Shown piece by piece: positions 40,583 to 49,298 of a stretch of 64,000 nucleotides of DNA (position 1 is its first letter; every line of letters begins with the position of its first letter). Source of the DNA: Chitinophagales bacterium (GTDB taxonomy: Bacteria > Bacteroidota > Bacteroidia > Chitinophagales > JAHQVX01); contig OZ244113.1 in assembly GCA_965215685.1 (NCBI GenBank), positions 2,927,487-2,991,486 of the forward strand, written 5' to 3'. The translations under genes were made by a program, and so were the position numbers. The notes under the pieces were generated by a model. It was not told the DNA's origin, did not search any database, and saw only the letters and a list, made by a program, of their open reading frames with translations.

Positions 40583-41354
40583 TCGTCAGGGTGAGCTCGC
40601 CTGAATGACTTAGTCGGGCAGGCTTGCTAACGTCATGGCGAGCCTGACGAACCATGAGACCCTATTTGATCTCTCTTTGACTTTTAATTGCATGTTTTCA
40701 ATCTGTGCACAAACCTTCTTCAGAGTCTCTCTAAAACTCCAAATTTTAGTAGAATTGTGTTACGAGTCGAAGACTCTGAAGAAGCCTTCGCTTCGGCTTC
40801 GATCAGCTCAGGGTGACGTCGTGTCGACATCTTCGTCATGGTGAGCTTGACGAACCATGAGACCTACACTATAGAATAGGACAATACAAGTCTCACCCTT
40901 CGTCAAGCTCAGGGTGACGCCGTGTCAACATCTTCGTCATGTTGAGCTTGACGAACCATGAGTTCTGTTAACCGTATTGATCTCTTCGTCATGGTGAGCT
41001 TGACGAACCATGAAACCTGTTAACCGTATTGATCTCTTCGTCATGGTGAGCCTGACGAACCATGAGACGGGCACCCCAAAACAAAACAATTCACATCTCA
41101 CCCTTCGTCAAGCTCAGGGTGACGTCATGTCAACATTACTAATCGCATCGGAATCTTCGTCATGGTGAGCCTGACGAACCATGAGATCCTATTTGATCTC
41201 TGTTTGACTTTTTATTGCATGATTTCAATCTGTGCACAAACCTTCTTCAGAGCCTCTCTAAAACTTCAAATTTTAGTAAAAATGTGTTACGAGTCGAAGA
41301 CTCTGAAGAAGCCTTCACTTCGGCTTCGCTCAGTGCAGGCTGGCTCAGGGTGAC
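40583..41354. repeat. REP/BIME-like mosaic of palindromic units
   Basis: Six 27-bp CGTCATGGTGAGC(T/C)TGACGAACCATGA units at 40631, 40834, 40935, 40987, 41039 and 41158. Partner units CACCCTTCGTCAAGCTCAGGGTGACG. A roughly 185-bp segment occurs twice (about 40631-40817 and 41158-41354). Confidence 0.88.
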
Positions 41355-41451
41355 GACGGGTCAAACTTCACCCCTCCGGCCTTAATTTTTCGGGCAGGCG
41401 TTAGGGTAACATCTTACCAATGCTTGTGGATCGGGGAGTTTGCGACTCCTG

Positions 41452-43461
41452 TTACTTAGGTTGCAGATTTAAGTCTAAACCTATATAAAAAGATCTTCCC
41501 CAGGAAAACAGGGTAGTTTCGTGCGCTGAACCTGCCGATATCGTTTTCTCTTCCAGGTTATTCTGGTTTAAAATATTACGTACTCCCACACCTACATTCA
41601 ACAAGTCATTGGCCACCTTCTTATTAAGGTGTGCATCAACTAAATGCATGCCTTTGGTCTGTGTTTCGTAGTAGGTATCATTCGGCCTTGAATAGTAATA
41701 ACCCCTGCGCTGCCCTCGCATTTTATACCTTAAAGTTGCGCCACCTTTTTGGTAAGGCATTGAGTAAGTTAGACTTGAAACAAGATCAGACGATAACAAC
41801 CATTTATCCGTTTGGCCGTTACTTGTGCCGTATAAATCGTTCTTGTTCTGAAAAAGATGATGGCCCAGATCAAGTGACAAATTGCGCACTGGCTTAAGTG
41901 CCAGCTCGGCCTGCAAACCGTAGGTTACATCGGAGTTAATATTTATATAGTGCCTACTGAAGTTTTCTAAAGGACTTAATGCTATAAGATCTTTCATATT
42001 ATTATAGTGGGCCTTTACCTCCAAGCTGCCGGGCTTACCAAAAATGTCGTTGTTGAATTTATAACCCAACTGAATATGATCAGATGTTTCCGGTTTTAGC
42101 TTTTCATTACCCGTAATGTGATATGTAAAGGGTCCTGCCGCAATTCTAAAATCTAAATAAAGTTCTTTTAAGCTCGGACTTCGAAAACCGTGGGCGTAAG
42201 ATGCCCAAATCTTATTGTGATCATTTAATTGGTATTTACTGCTAATGGCCGGAGTAGCTACATTCTCGCCGTAAGAGTAGTGCGTTAATCTAAGGGAGGG
42301 TTCAATGGTTAACGCAGGAACTGGAAAGTATTTAATGGCGGAGAAAGCCGCCAGATCACTTAAGTGCTGTTTCCTGTTTAAAATTCTTTGTCCCGTAGTA
42401 TGCTCCCGACTAAACTCAGCTCCGGCTAAAATGTGCAGTTTTTCATCGGTCGGGCTATAGCTATAGGTTCCCCTAATATGCCAGGTGTTGAACTTTGTAG
42501 TGTCGTGGTTTGTGGCATCTGACAAATTAGAGATTCCGCTATTCAAATCTGTTGTATAAGATAAGAGTTCGCGGTTGTAGTTTGAATTAGACACACTTAA
42601 CTCCATATAGTTAGCCGAGCTTGTGTTTCCACTCAGAATAATAGAATTTACCAACCGTTTTGTACGATAGTTAAAATCCTCGGCTATGCCGTTGGTATCT
42701 CCAACTCCCCGATCTGTAAGTTTATCATTGGCATAAGACGACCTAACATGGGCCTGCCAATCCTTCATGTAATAGATATAGTCTAAGGCTGCAGAATATT
42801 GCTTTCTTTTTTCCCAATCAAGTGCCCGGTCATCATTGAAAGAAACACCGGCTGCATTATTGGTACTGCCGCTTAGTTGAAACGAATGCTGTCCGGTAGT
42901 AAAATGACCTTTTGCATTCAAATCAACAGCATCTATACTTTCATACTGTGCGCCCAAAGCGAAAAGAAATTTTTCTGAACCCTGATTCTCAGTAATAATA
43001 TTAATGATTCCGCCTATAGCATCGGTGCCGTAATACGCCGAAGTAGGACCTTCAATGATCTCCACCCGATTTACGTAATCAAGGTTGATCTGATTCAGAT
43101 CTATTACACCATCTAATCGGCCTACTACGGGTACGCCATTTACCAGAATTTTAATATTCTCTTTTGACACTCCGTGGATACTGGAACTAGTACCAAAGAC
43201 CGATGCCTGAGTCAGGTCAAAGCCCAGTTGCAAAAACAGGGCTTCCCGTAACCGGAAAGCCCTTATGTTCTTTAGTTCTTCGGCGGTAATAACCTTTACA
43301 GGAACTACCGTCTTTTCAGGTGAAAGTGGGTGAAACTGACCAGTAACGACTACTTGTTCAATTTCACCGTAAAGCAGAGAATCCGGGGTTTGGGAAAGAC
43401 CCAACCGACTTGCCATTATCAATAATACAATGCCTATTAAATTTCTCATGCTTCTTTTCAT
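41452..43461 (-). CDS. TonB-dependent receptor, heme/tetrapyrrole type (HmuR-like)
   Basis: TonB box EQVVVTG, plug KILVNGVPV...RVEIIEGPTSAYYGTDAIGGIINIIT, GFRSP...YHITGNEKLKPE (FRAP/NPNL-like with His), C-terminal GRSFYIGLDLNL. Confidence 0.9.
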   Translation of the reverse strand: MKRSMRNLIGIVLLIMASRLGLSQTPDSLLYGEIEQVVVTGQFHPLSPEKTVVPVKVITAEELKNIRAFRLREALFLQLGFDLTQASVFGTSSSIHGVSKENIKILVNGVPVVGRLDGVIDLNQINLDYVNRVEIIEGPTSAYYGTDAIGGIINIITENQGSEKFLFALGAQYESIDAVDLNAKGHFTTGQHSFQLSGSTNNAAGVSFNDDRALDWEKRKQYSAALDYIYYMKDWQAHVRSSYANDKLTDRGVGDTNGIAEDFNYRTKRLVNSIILSGNTSSANYMELSVSNSNYNRELLSYTTDLNSGISNLSDATNHDTTKFNTWHIRGTYSYSPTDEKLHILAGAEFSREHTTGQRILNRKQHLSDLAAFSAIKYFPVPALTIEPSLRLTHYSYGENVATPAISSKYQLNDHNKIWASYAHGFRSPSLKELYLDFRIAAGPFTYHITGNEKLKPETSDHIQLGYKFNNDIFGKPGSLEVKAHYNNMKDLIALSPLENFSRHYININSDVTYGLQAELALKPVRNLSLDLGHHLFQNKNDLYGTSNGQTDKWLLSSDLVSSLTYSMPYQKGGATLRYKMRGQRRGYYYSRPNDTYYETQTKGMHLVDAHLNKKVANDLLNVGVGVRNILNQNNLEEKTISAGSAHETTLFSWGRSFYIGLDLNLQPK

Positions 43462-43476
43462 CTTATTGTGAAAAAA

Positions 43477-45159
43477 TTAATAAATATCGTCTCTTGTATT
43501 ATACACGTTGAACTTACCGGTAGGTGTTACCATCCATTCACCGGTAATCTCATTTTTCAACTCGAGCGTTTTGTCGTCATATACAAGAAGAGCGTTTTCC
43601 AATGGTTTATCCATTTTACCCCAAACAGAGACCCATACTTCGGTTCCTTCTTTGTTATATTCCATGTGTACAGCACGTCCTTTATATTTTTCAGGAACCT
43701 GAATGGACTTCTTCAATTCCAATGTGTTTACATCAAACACATCAATGGTGCGTTGTAAATCAACCGCGTTACTAAGTGCTCTATCGGCCCAAAGATGTTT
43801 AGAGTTAGGGTGGCTCTTAACGAAAAGGTTTCCACCACCTCCACCGGTTCCTTTTGCCGTGGCAACTTCTTTAAACTGGTTGGCTCCGGGATCTGTGGCT
43901 ATAAACGATAGTCGGTTCTCCCCAATATGACCTGAAACCCATAAGTTACCGTACTTAGGATTCTTGATATTAGTACCTCTGCCGGGGTGAGGCTTAACTC
44001 CAACGTCAATAATAGTTTCCAACTTTTTATTAGGAACATCTATCACAACAAGTTTGTTGCTGGCATTAGCGGCTACGATAAAGTATTTTCCGCTTTGGTC
44101 CCAACCGCCGTCATGTAAGAACTGTGCAGAAGGGATCTTGGCAGTGTTTTCATCTATCTTATCAAGATCTGAGTAATCAACCAACCAAACCATTCCGGTT
44201 TCTTTTACATTTACGACCCAAATAGGATCGGTATGTGACGCCACAATGGAGGCTACGCGCGCTTCTTCCAAAAATTCACCTTCATCAAGAATTTTACCTG
44301 ATGTTTTAATGACTTTTAGAGGTTCCAGCGTCATGGCATCCATTACCACATAGTGTGAAGGTGTATAACCACCTACAATGAGATATTTGTCGCGGAAATC
44401 ACCAAGCGGTCCGTTATATTTTGATACTTCAACCGAACGGGCGTCGAAAGATGCTTTACCCTCAGCAACAACTCCCGGAGTTTTCATCCAAAGGTCAATG
44501 AGCGTTACCTTACCATCTCGACCAATACTGTAGAAGTACCTTCCTGAAGAAGATGATCTTAAAATATGTACTGCATAACCTGTTTCAACAATGGCAATTT
44601 TTTCCTTTGTGTCACCATCAATTATGGCCACCTTACCTGCATCTCTAAGGATCAATCCGAAGAAGTTTTCCCAGTTCCTGTCATGCTGTGGTTCTGTTGG
44701 TCTGTCCGCAACAGGAACAATAACATTCCACTTCTCCTGCATATCGTCCATAGTCCATTCCGGAATTGGAGGAGGATCCAACTGAATGAACTTAGCCATA
44801 AGTGTTACTTCCTCCGGACTTAAAATTCCCTGGTTTCCCCAGTCTGGCATACCACCCGGAGTACCATTATGAATAAATGCTTCAAGGCCTTCTGTTGTCA
44901 ACAGCTGAGTTCTATCATCCGGTAACAGGGCCGGACCGGTGGCCCCTTTACGGGCCGTACCGTGGCAGCCTGCACAAGTTTGGAAATAGATATTCTTGGC
45001 GCGCTGCATATCAGCACCCGCAAGTCTTACTTTACCATCGGCCGATACATATGTTTTAGTATCTACCTTCTCTTTTTTGCCTTCAGTACTTTTCTTACAC
45101 TGTACAAATACCATTGCACAAAGCAGGAAAAAGGCTACATATTTAATAGGTTTCATCAA
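43477..45159 (-). CDS. nirS: Cytochrome cd1 nitrite reductase
   Basis: CAGCHG..RKGATGPAL, GMPDW, d1 axial GYAVHILRSS, catalytic FLHDGGWD and PHPGRG, C-terminal TPTGKFNVYNTRDDIY. Confidence 0.95.
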   Translation of the reverse strand: MMKPIKYVAFFLLCAMVFVQCKKSTEGKKEKVDTKTYVSADGKVRLAGADMQRAKNIYFQTCAGCHGTARKGATGPALLPDDRTQLLTTEGLEAFIHNGTPGGMPDWGNQGILSPEEVTLMAKFIQLDPPPIPEWTMDDMQEKWNVIVPVADRPTEPQHDRNWENFFGLILRDAGKVAIIDGDTKEKIAIVETGYAVHILRSSSSGRYFYSIGRDGKVTLIDLWMKTPGVVAEGKASFDARSVEVSKYNGPLGDFRDKYLIVGGYTPSHYVVMDAMTLEPLKVIKTSGKILDEGEFLEEARVASIVASHTDPIWVVNVKETGMVWLVDYSDLDKIDENTAKIPSAQFLHDGGWDQSGKYFIVAANASNKLVVIDVPNKKLETIIDVGVKPHPGRGTNIKNPKYGNLWVSGHIGENRLSFIATDPGANQFKEVATAKGTGGGGGNLFVKSHPNSKHLWADRALSNAVDLQRTIDVFDVNTLELKKSIQVPEKYKGRAVHMEYNKEGTEVWVSVWGKMDKPLENALLVYDDKTLELKNEITGEWMVTPTGKFNVYNTRDDIY

Positions 45160-45177
45160 TGTGGTTTTTGGTTTATG

Positions 45178-46476
45178 TTAATTGGTTTCTTTTAATGATT
45201 TTATGAATTTAGGATTGAAGCTAACCATAGCGTAAATCCAGTTTTGAGTGGCATCTTTTGATCCGCCTTTTAGCACTTCCATAGTTTCAGATGGAAACAT
45301 ATGAGAGTATCCGATTCCGGCATTAACCATTGGATTAAGTTTGAATTTTGAACTTAGGTCCAACTCCGTACCCAAATAAGCCGGCATGGCATCATTTGTT
45401 GTAGCCGGATCACGGACATCGGCAGCAGCAGAGAAAAAGTGAAGATCTGCACCAAGCCCAACTTTTGGCAGTTTGAATTTTGCCTTGGCATAAATGTCGG
45501 CAAGCCCAACGCTACCGCCATGATTGCCTACATAGAAATAGTCCATGTGGCCGTTGAACTTGTGGTTTGTGCCGTATAACGGCGTAAATGCTTTTTGCTT
45601 TGCATCCTGATCGGTTTGTGAATTTCCTGATTGAAGCTCACCACCAATAATACCGGTTACTATATCAGATAACTTATAGCTTAGATCAAAGCCTAACAGA
45701 TAGGCACTTAAGTCGGTTTTTGTATAAACAGGAGCCTTTCCGGTTTGGAGATAGGCGTTAGCAGTTAGTCCCAGCTTATCTTTCTTATAGTTAAGATGTG
45801 TGCCAAAGGTTTGGCTAAACTTTGTGTCAAACTCAGTAGGGATACCACCGGAAACCTGAACTCCATTATTCAAAGCAAGAAGACTAAGCCCAAGTTCATC
45901 GTTCAGTTTAGTGTTGAACCAGGCAAACTGTATGGTTTTGTAATTACCGGGAACAGTATAAACCGTTGAATTCAGAATGGGGGCGTTCTGATTGAAGGCC
46001 AAGCCAATATCTAACTTGGAAACGGTACCCGGAGTGAATTGAAGTAACAAGGCATCGTGGCTACGAGCTTGTTGCGCCCAACCTACATTACCGAAAAAGC
46101 GGCTGTCGTCATAAATAATTTCCTGCCGACCGGCCTTAATAGCAGCTTTTCTTGCTTTGCCAATATAGGCCTTGGCCCATGCCTGATGAATGGAAAGTGC
46201 ATTGTCTTCATTGCCAACTAACTGTCGTTGATTTCCCCATGTCCGCACATCTTGAGCACTTAAATAAGCTTCAGCCCAGTTTCCTTTATATCCTGCATTT
46301 AACCGTGTTCGTTGTGTTGTATGAAAACCTGGATCCTGGTTTTCTGCCGCCAAAGTTTTTAATCCGTGTGTGTATTCTGTTCGAGGTCTGAATTCGCCTG
46401 ATATTTCAATTTCCTGCGTATAAGAAGCCATACTTCCGGCAAGAATTAATAATAAAATAAACAATCTATATTGCAT
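45178..46476 (-). CDS. Alginate-export (AlgE-like) family outer-membrane porin
   Basis: Signal peptide, ISGEFRPRTEY...TQRTRL, GRQEIIYDDSRFFGNVGWAQQARSHD, FTPLYGTNHKFNGHMDYF, LGTELD. Start at ATG 46476, supported by the -7 box. Confidence 0.82.
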   Translation of the reverse strand: MQYRLFILLLILAGSMASYTQEIEISGEFRPRTEYTHGLKTLAAENQDPGFHTTQRTRLNAGYKGNWAEAYLSAQDVRTWGNQRQLVGNEDNALSIHQAWAKAYIGKARKAAIKAGRQEIIYDDSRFFGNVGWAQQARSHDALLLQFTPGTVSKLDIGLAFNQNAPILNSTVYTVPGNYKTIQFAWFNTKLNDELGLSLLALNNGVQVSGGIPTEFDTKFSQTFGTHLNYKKDKLGLTANAYLQTGKAPVYTKTDLSAYLLGFDLSYKLSDIVTGIIGGELQSGNSQTDQDAKQKAFTPLYGTNHKFNGHMDYFYVGNHGGSVGLADIYAKAKFKLPKVGLGADLHFFSAAADVRDPATTNDAMPAYLGTELDLSSKFKLNPMVNAGIGYSHMFPSETMEVLKGGSKDATQNWIYAMVSFNPKFIKSLKETN

Positions 46477-46494
46477 CGTTAGAAATTTAAAAAG

Positions 46495-46502
46495 CAAAAT
46501 TA
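46495..46502 (-). promoter_or_regulatory. -7 box (TAATTTTG) of the porin-nirS-TBDR operon
   Basis: Exact TAnnTTTG match 18 bp upstream of ATG 46476. Confidence 0.6.
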
Positions 46503-46507
46503 CGATA

Positions 46508-46527
46508 AGAAGATATTTTTATCCTTT
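46508..46527. promoter_or_regulatory. Putative Rrf2 operator between the divergent porin and Rrf2 genes
   Basis: AAGATA-TTTT-TATCCT, one mismatch from the norC palindrome, lying over the expected -33 region of the operon promoter. Confidence 0.6.
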
Positions 46528-46560
46528 ATTATGCAAAATATTTTCTTCAAATTTGCCAAT

Positions 46561-46956
46561 ATGCTATCTAAGAGAACCAAGTATGGTTTAAGGGCTATGG
46601 TGCATTTGGCCAGGGAGGGTAGAAAAACTAAATTGATGAGTGTGGAACACCTGGCGCATTGGTTAAATGTACCAAAGCATTTCTTAGCTAACATAATGCG
46701 TGAGTTGGCCAGGCATAAGTTGGTTTCTTCTCAAAAGGGGCCTGGCGGAGGTTTTTATCTGAATGAACTGCAAATTCTTAAAAGCCCGCACGATATTATT
46801 ATGGCTCTGGAAGGCGATCATTTCCTGGGATCGTGTTTGTTGGAATTGAAACCCTGCGTTGTATTAGAACCATGCCCTTTTCACGAACACTATGGAAGTT
46901 TTAAGGAATCCTTTTTAGCACAAATGGCCAGTAAGAGATTGCTGGATCTTATTTAG
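46561..46956 (+). CDS. Rrf2 family (NsrR/IscR-like) Fe-S transcriptional regulator
   Basis: MLSKRTKYGLRAMVHLA, SQKGPGGGFYL, and the C-x6-C-x5-C-x2-H cluster motif. Start taken at ATG 46561. Confidence 0.9.
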   Translation: MLSKRTKYGLRAMVHLAREGRKTKLMSVEHLAHWLNVPKHFLANIMRELARHKLVSSQKGPGGGFYLNELQILKSPHDIIMALEGDHFLGSCLLELKPCVVLEPCPFHEHYGSFKESFLAQMASKRLLDLI

Positions 46957-47069
46957 GTTACGCTTTATCCGGTACCATGCCTTTCTTCTTCATAAACGAT
47001 CGGACATTAGATTTTAAGACCTAATACCAAAAGAATATTAAAGAATTTGACCATTCCATAATTATATCA

Positions 47070-47807
47070 TTATAAAGGTTGCATAGTAGGCCTTATGGTC
47101 ACTTCATTAACGCTAACACTATCCGGTTGTGATATGGCATAAGATACGCCACGGGCAATATCATCAGCCTCAAGGAAATCGAACTGCGGCCATTGTTTGA
47201 AGACTTCTGCAACTTCCGGGTCGGTAATGGTGTTCATTAATTCGGTGGTAACTGCTCCCGGTTGAATGTCGGTTACCCTTACGTTTTTGCCGTTCATGGC
47301 CATTTCCTGGCGCAATCCTTCACTAAAGGCACGTACAAAAAACTTAGTGCCGGAATATACTGCTCCGGCAGGCATCACTATTTTACCGGCTATGGAAGAG
47401 ACGTTTACAAAATGGCCGTTGTTTTTCTCCATCATGTGTGGCAAAGCGGCATAAACGAGGTTCATAACGCCTTTTATGTTTACATCTACCATTTTATTTC
47501 CTTCGTCTAGCTTTCCGTTTTTAAGGAAGGATAAAGGCATTAGTCCGGCATTGTTTACAACGGCATCAATACTTCCAAGATGTTGTATTATTTGGCTTAC
47601 GTTTTCTTTAACAGCCTCAAAATCGGTTACATCACATGCATGAATAAAGGCTTTGCCGCCGTCCGCTTCAATTTCGTTTTTAAGCGCTTCGAGTTTTTCT
47701 GCCCTTCGGGCCATTAATACCACGTTATGCCCTTCTTTGGCTAATCTTTTGGCGCACGCAGCACCTATACCGCTACTTGCTCCGGTAATTAATATGTTTT
47801 TACTCAT
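47070..47807 (-). CDS. SDR family oxidoreductase
   Basis: ITGASSGIG, NNAG, SSIAG, YSGTK, IQPGAVTTEL, VNEVTIRP. Confidence 0.92.
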   Translation of the reverse strand: MSKNILITGASSGIGAACAKRLAKEGHNVVLMARRAEKLEALKNEIEADGGKAFIHACDVTDFEAVKENVSQIIQHLGSIDAVVNNAGLMPLSFLKNGKLDEGNKMVDVNIKGVMNLVYAALPHMMEKNNGHFVNVSSIAGKIVMPAGAVYSGTKFFVRAFSEGLRQEMAMNGKNVRVTDIQPGAVTTELMNTITDPEVAEVFKQWPQFDFLEADDIARGVSYAISQPDSVSVNEVTIRPTMQPL

Positions 47808-48253
47808 GTTTTATTTGACTATTAATAGTTAAGTGGAAAATATATTCTGACGATAAATTTAAAACTTTAAACTTCAAAATGGTTTTAGTGCTATAATATC
47901 CCAAAGAACATTACCCAGATTACTACCAACACATCGGGTATGTGGCAAAATCAGGGTACTATAATTCTAAGGGTATATTATTTAACCGTGTGCTCAATTT
48001 TTTCTTTTACTATAGTGAGCGGTTTTGCCGAGCGGGAATTGGCATATTCGCTTAAAATTATTTCTAAAAAATACTTAAGCAACAGGCCAATTGGGGATTG
48101 AATATGTGTTAAAATGCTGATAGACAATTTATTGCGAATAACGCGAACGATTCCGTAAACAGAATTCTTATCTGGTTTTACATTAAATAGCTCGGAGTTG
48201 AACATCAGTTAGCCGTCAGTACGTAGCGGTTTCTTTACTAAATGTAAAATTTA

Positions 48254-48285
48254 TTTGACAAATGGTTGTGTTTTCTTTACCTTTA
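48254..48285 (+). promoter_or_regulatory. Probable promoter for the membrane-protein/Xre pair
   Basis: TTTG-N20-TACCTTTA (one mismatch to the -7 consensus), overlapped by the imperfect palindrome TGTAAAAT-TT-ATTTGACA. Confidence 0.45.
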
Positions 48286-48307
48286 GGTTGAATTTAAACA
48301 ATATATT

Positions 48308-48784
48308 ATGAGAATTAATTATTTATTTCCGAACAAGTTCAAAATAATCGGCTGGATTATACTTATTCCTGCTGCAATTATTGGCTTTATAACGCTTAGA
48401 TATGAATATGAGCCATACTTTTTAGACTTTAACGTTCCAGCTATACTTTTTGATGATTTTATAAAAGACAAACAAATATTTGGAATGGTGCGTAACAATA
48501 TTCTAAATGAAATTCTGGGACTCTTAGTTATTATTAGTGCTTTATTGGTTGCTTTTTCTAAAGAAAAATCGGAGGACGAATACATTTCAAAAATCAGGTT
48601 AGAATCTTTGGTTTGGGCCGTATATTTTAACTATGGCATTCTTTTATTTTCATTTTTATTTATTTACGGTTTATCTTTTTTATGGGTCATGATATTTAAT
48701 ATGTTTACGGTTTTAATATTTTTCATAGTTAGATTCAATTGGCAAATTTCCAAACTTAAAAAGTCAGCTCGTTATGAAGAATAG
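48308..48784 (+). CDS. Small membrane protein (4 TM)
   Basis: Hydrophobic segments plus FSKEKSEDEYISKIRLESL, typical of proteins paired with Xre regulators. Confidence 0.8.
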   Translation: MRINYLFPNKFKIIGWIILIPAAIIGFITLRYEYEPYFLDFNVPAILFDDFIKDKQIFGMVRNNILNEILGLLVIISALLVAFSKEKSEDEYISKIRLESLVWAVYFNYGILLFSFLFIYGLSFLWVMIFNMFTVLIFFIVRFNWQISKLKKSARYEE

Positions 48785-48980
48785 TATTAAAGTTGAGAGA
48801 GCAAAGAGAAACATTACGCAAGCTGATTTGGCTAAGCTGGCTAAAGTAAGCAGGCAAACAATTAATGCTATTGAATTAGGGAAATATGCTCCGTCAACAG
48901 TTTTATCCTTGAGATTAGCGAAGATTTTTGAAGTTGAAGTAAGTCAAATTTTTACATTAGAAGATTCCGATTGGGATTAG
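48774..48980 (+). CDS. Xre/Cro HTH transcriptional regulator
   Basis: ITQADLAKLAKVSRQTINAIELGKYAPSTVLSLRLAKIF. Confidence 0.9.
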   Translation: MKNSIKVERAKRNITQADLAKLAKVSRQTINAIELGKYAPSTVLSLRLAKIFEVEVSQIFTLEDSDWD

Positions 48981-49298
48981 ATGATCTAACAAAAGGGCCG
49001 TACCAAATTTAACCTAAGTGGGGAAATTAGGCTAACTGCACAGCGAAAAGCCTCATGAACAGCACGAAAACCCCGTAGAAAAAACTCCTGCTTTACAGCG
49101 AGATAGGAGCAACATTAAGTTCATGTTTGGTCGTTCCGACCACAGGAACGCTTAGTTGTTGTGCGTTCGTTTTTAATTTTCGGTCAATTTTATCCAATTC
49201 CTCAATCGTGTGAAATCCATCATCTCCTTTTTTTCGTTATTCTTGTTTTTATTTTTCCAGCAGACCAAAATATAAAATCCAATTTTTTCATTTCGGAC

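Noticed and set aside
40715-40800. CTGAAGA motif suggesting a hammerhead ribozyme core
   Set aside because: No correctly placed GAAA after stem II on the + strand. The motif is sequestered in a 14-bp perfect hairpin, and the minus-strand stem II is too weak.
40631-41184. Six 27-bp palindromic repeats resembling a CRISPR array
   Set aside because: Spacers are 25-176 bp, are themselves repeated, and contain partner palindromes. There are no cas genes. This fits a REP mosaic.
43477-45159. Possibility that the cd1-like gene is nirN or nirF rather than nirS
   Set aside because: It has the c-heme domain, the d1 axial His and both catalytic His motifs (FLHDGG, PHPGRG), plus the NirS C-terminal signature.
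47978-48205. 75-aa minus-strand ORF
   Set aside because: No recognisable domain; lies in repeat-like intergenic DNA.
49090-49291. Minus-strand gene fragment cut by IS4 and ending in KTNAQQ
   Set aside because: The frame from ATG 49291 stops after 23 codons, and the KTNAQQ frame has an upstream stop. No continuous CDS can be supported.
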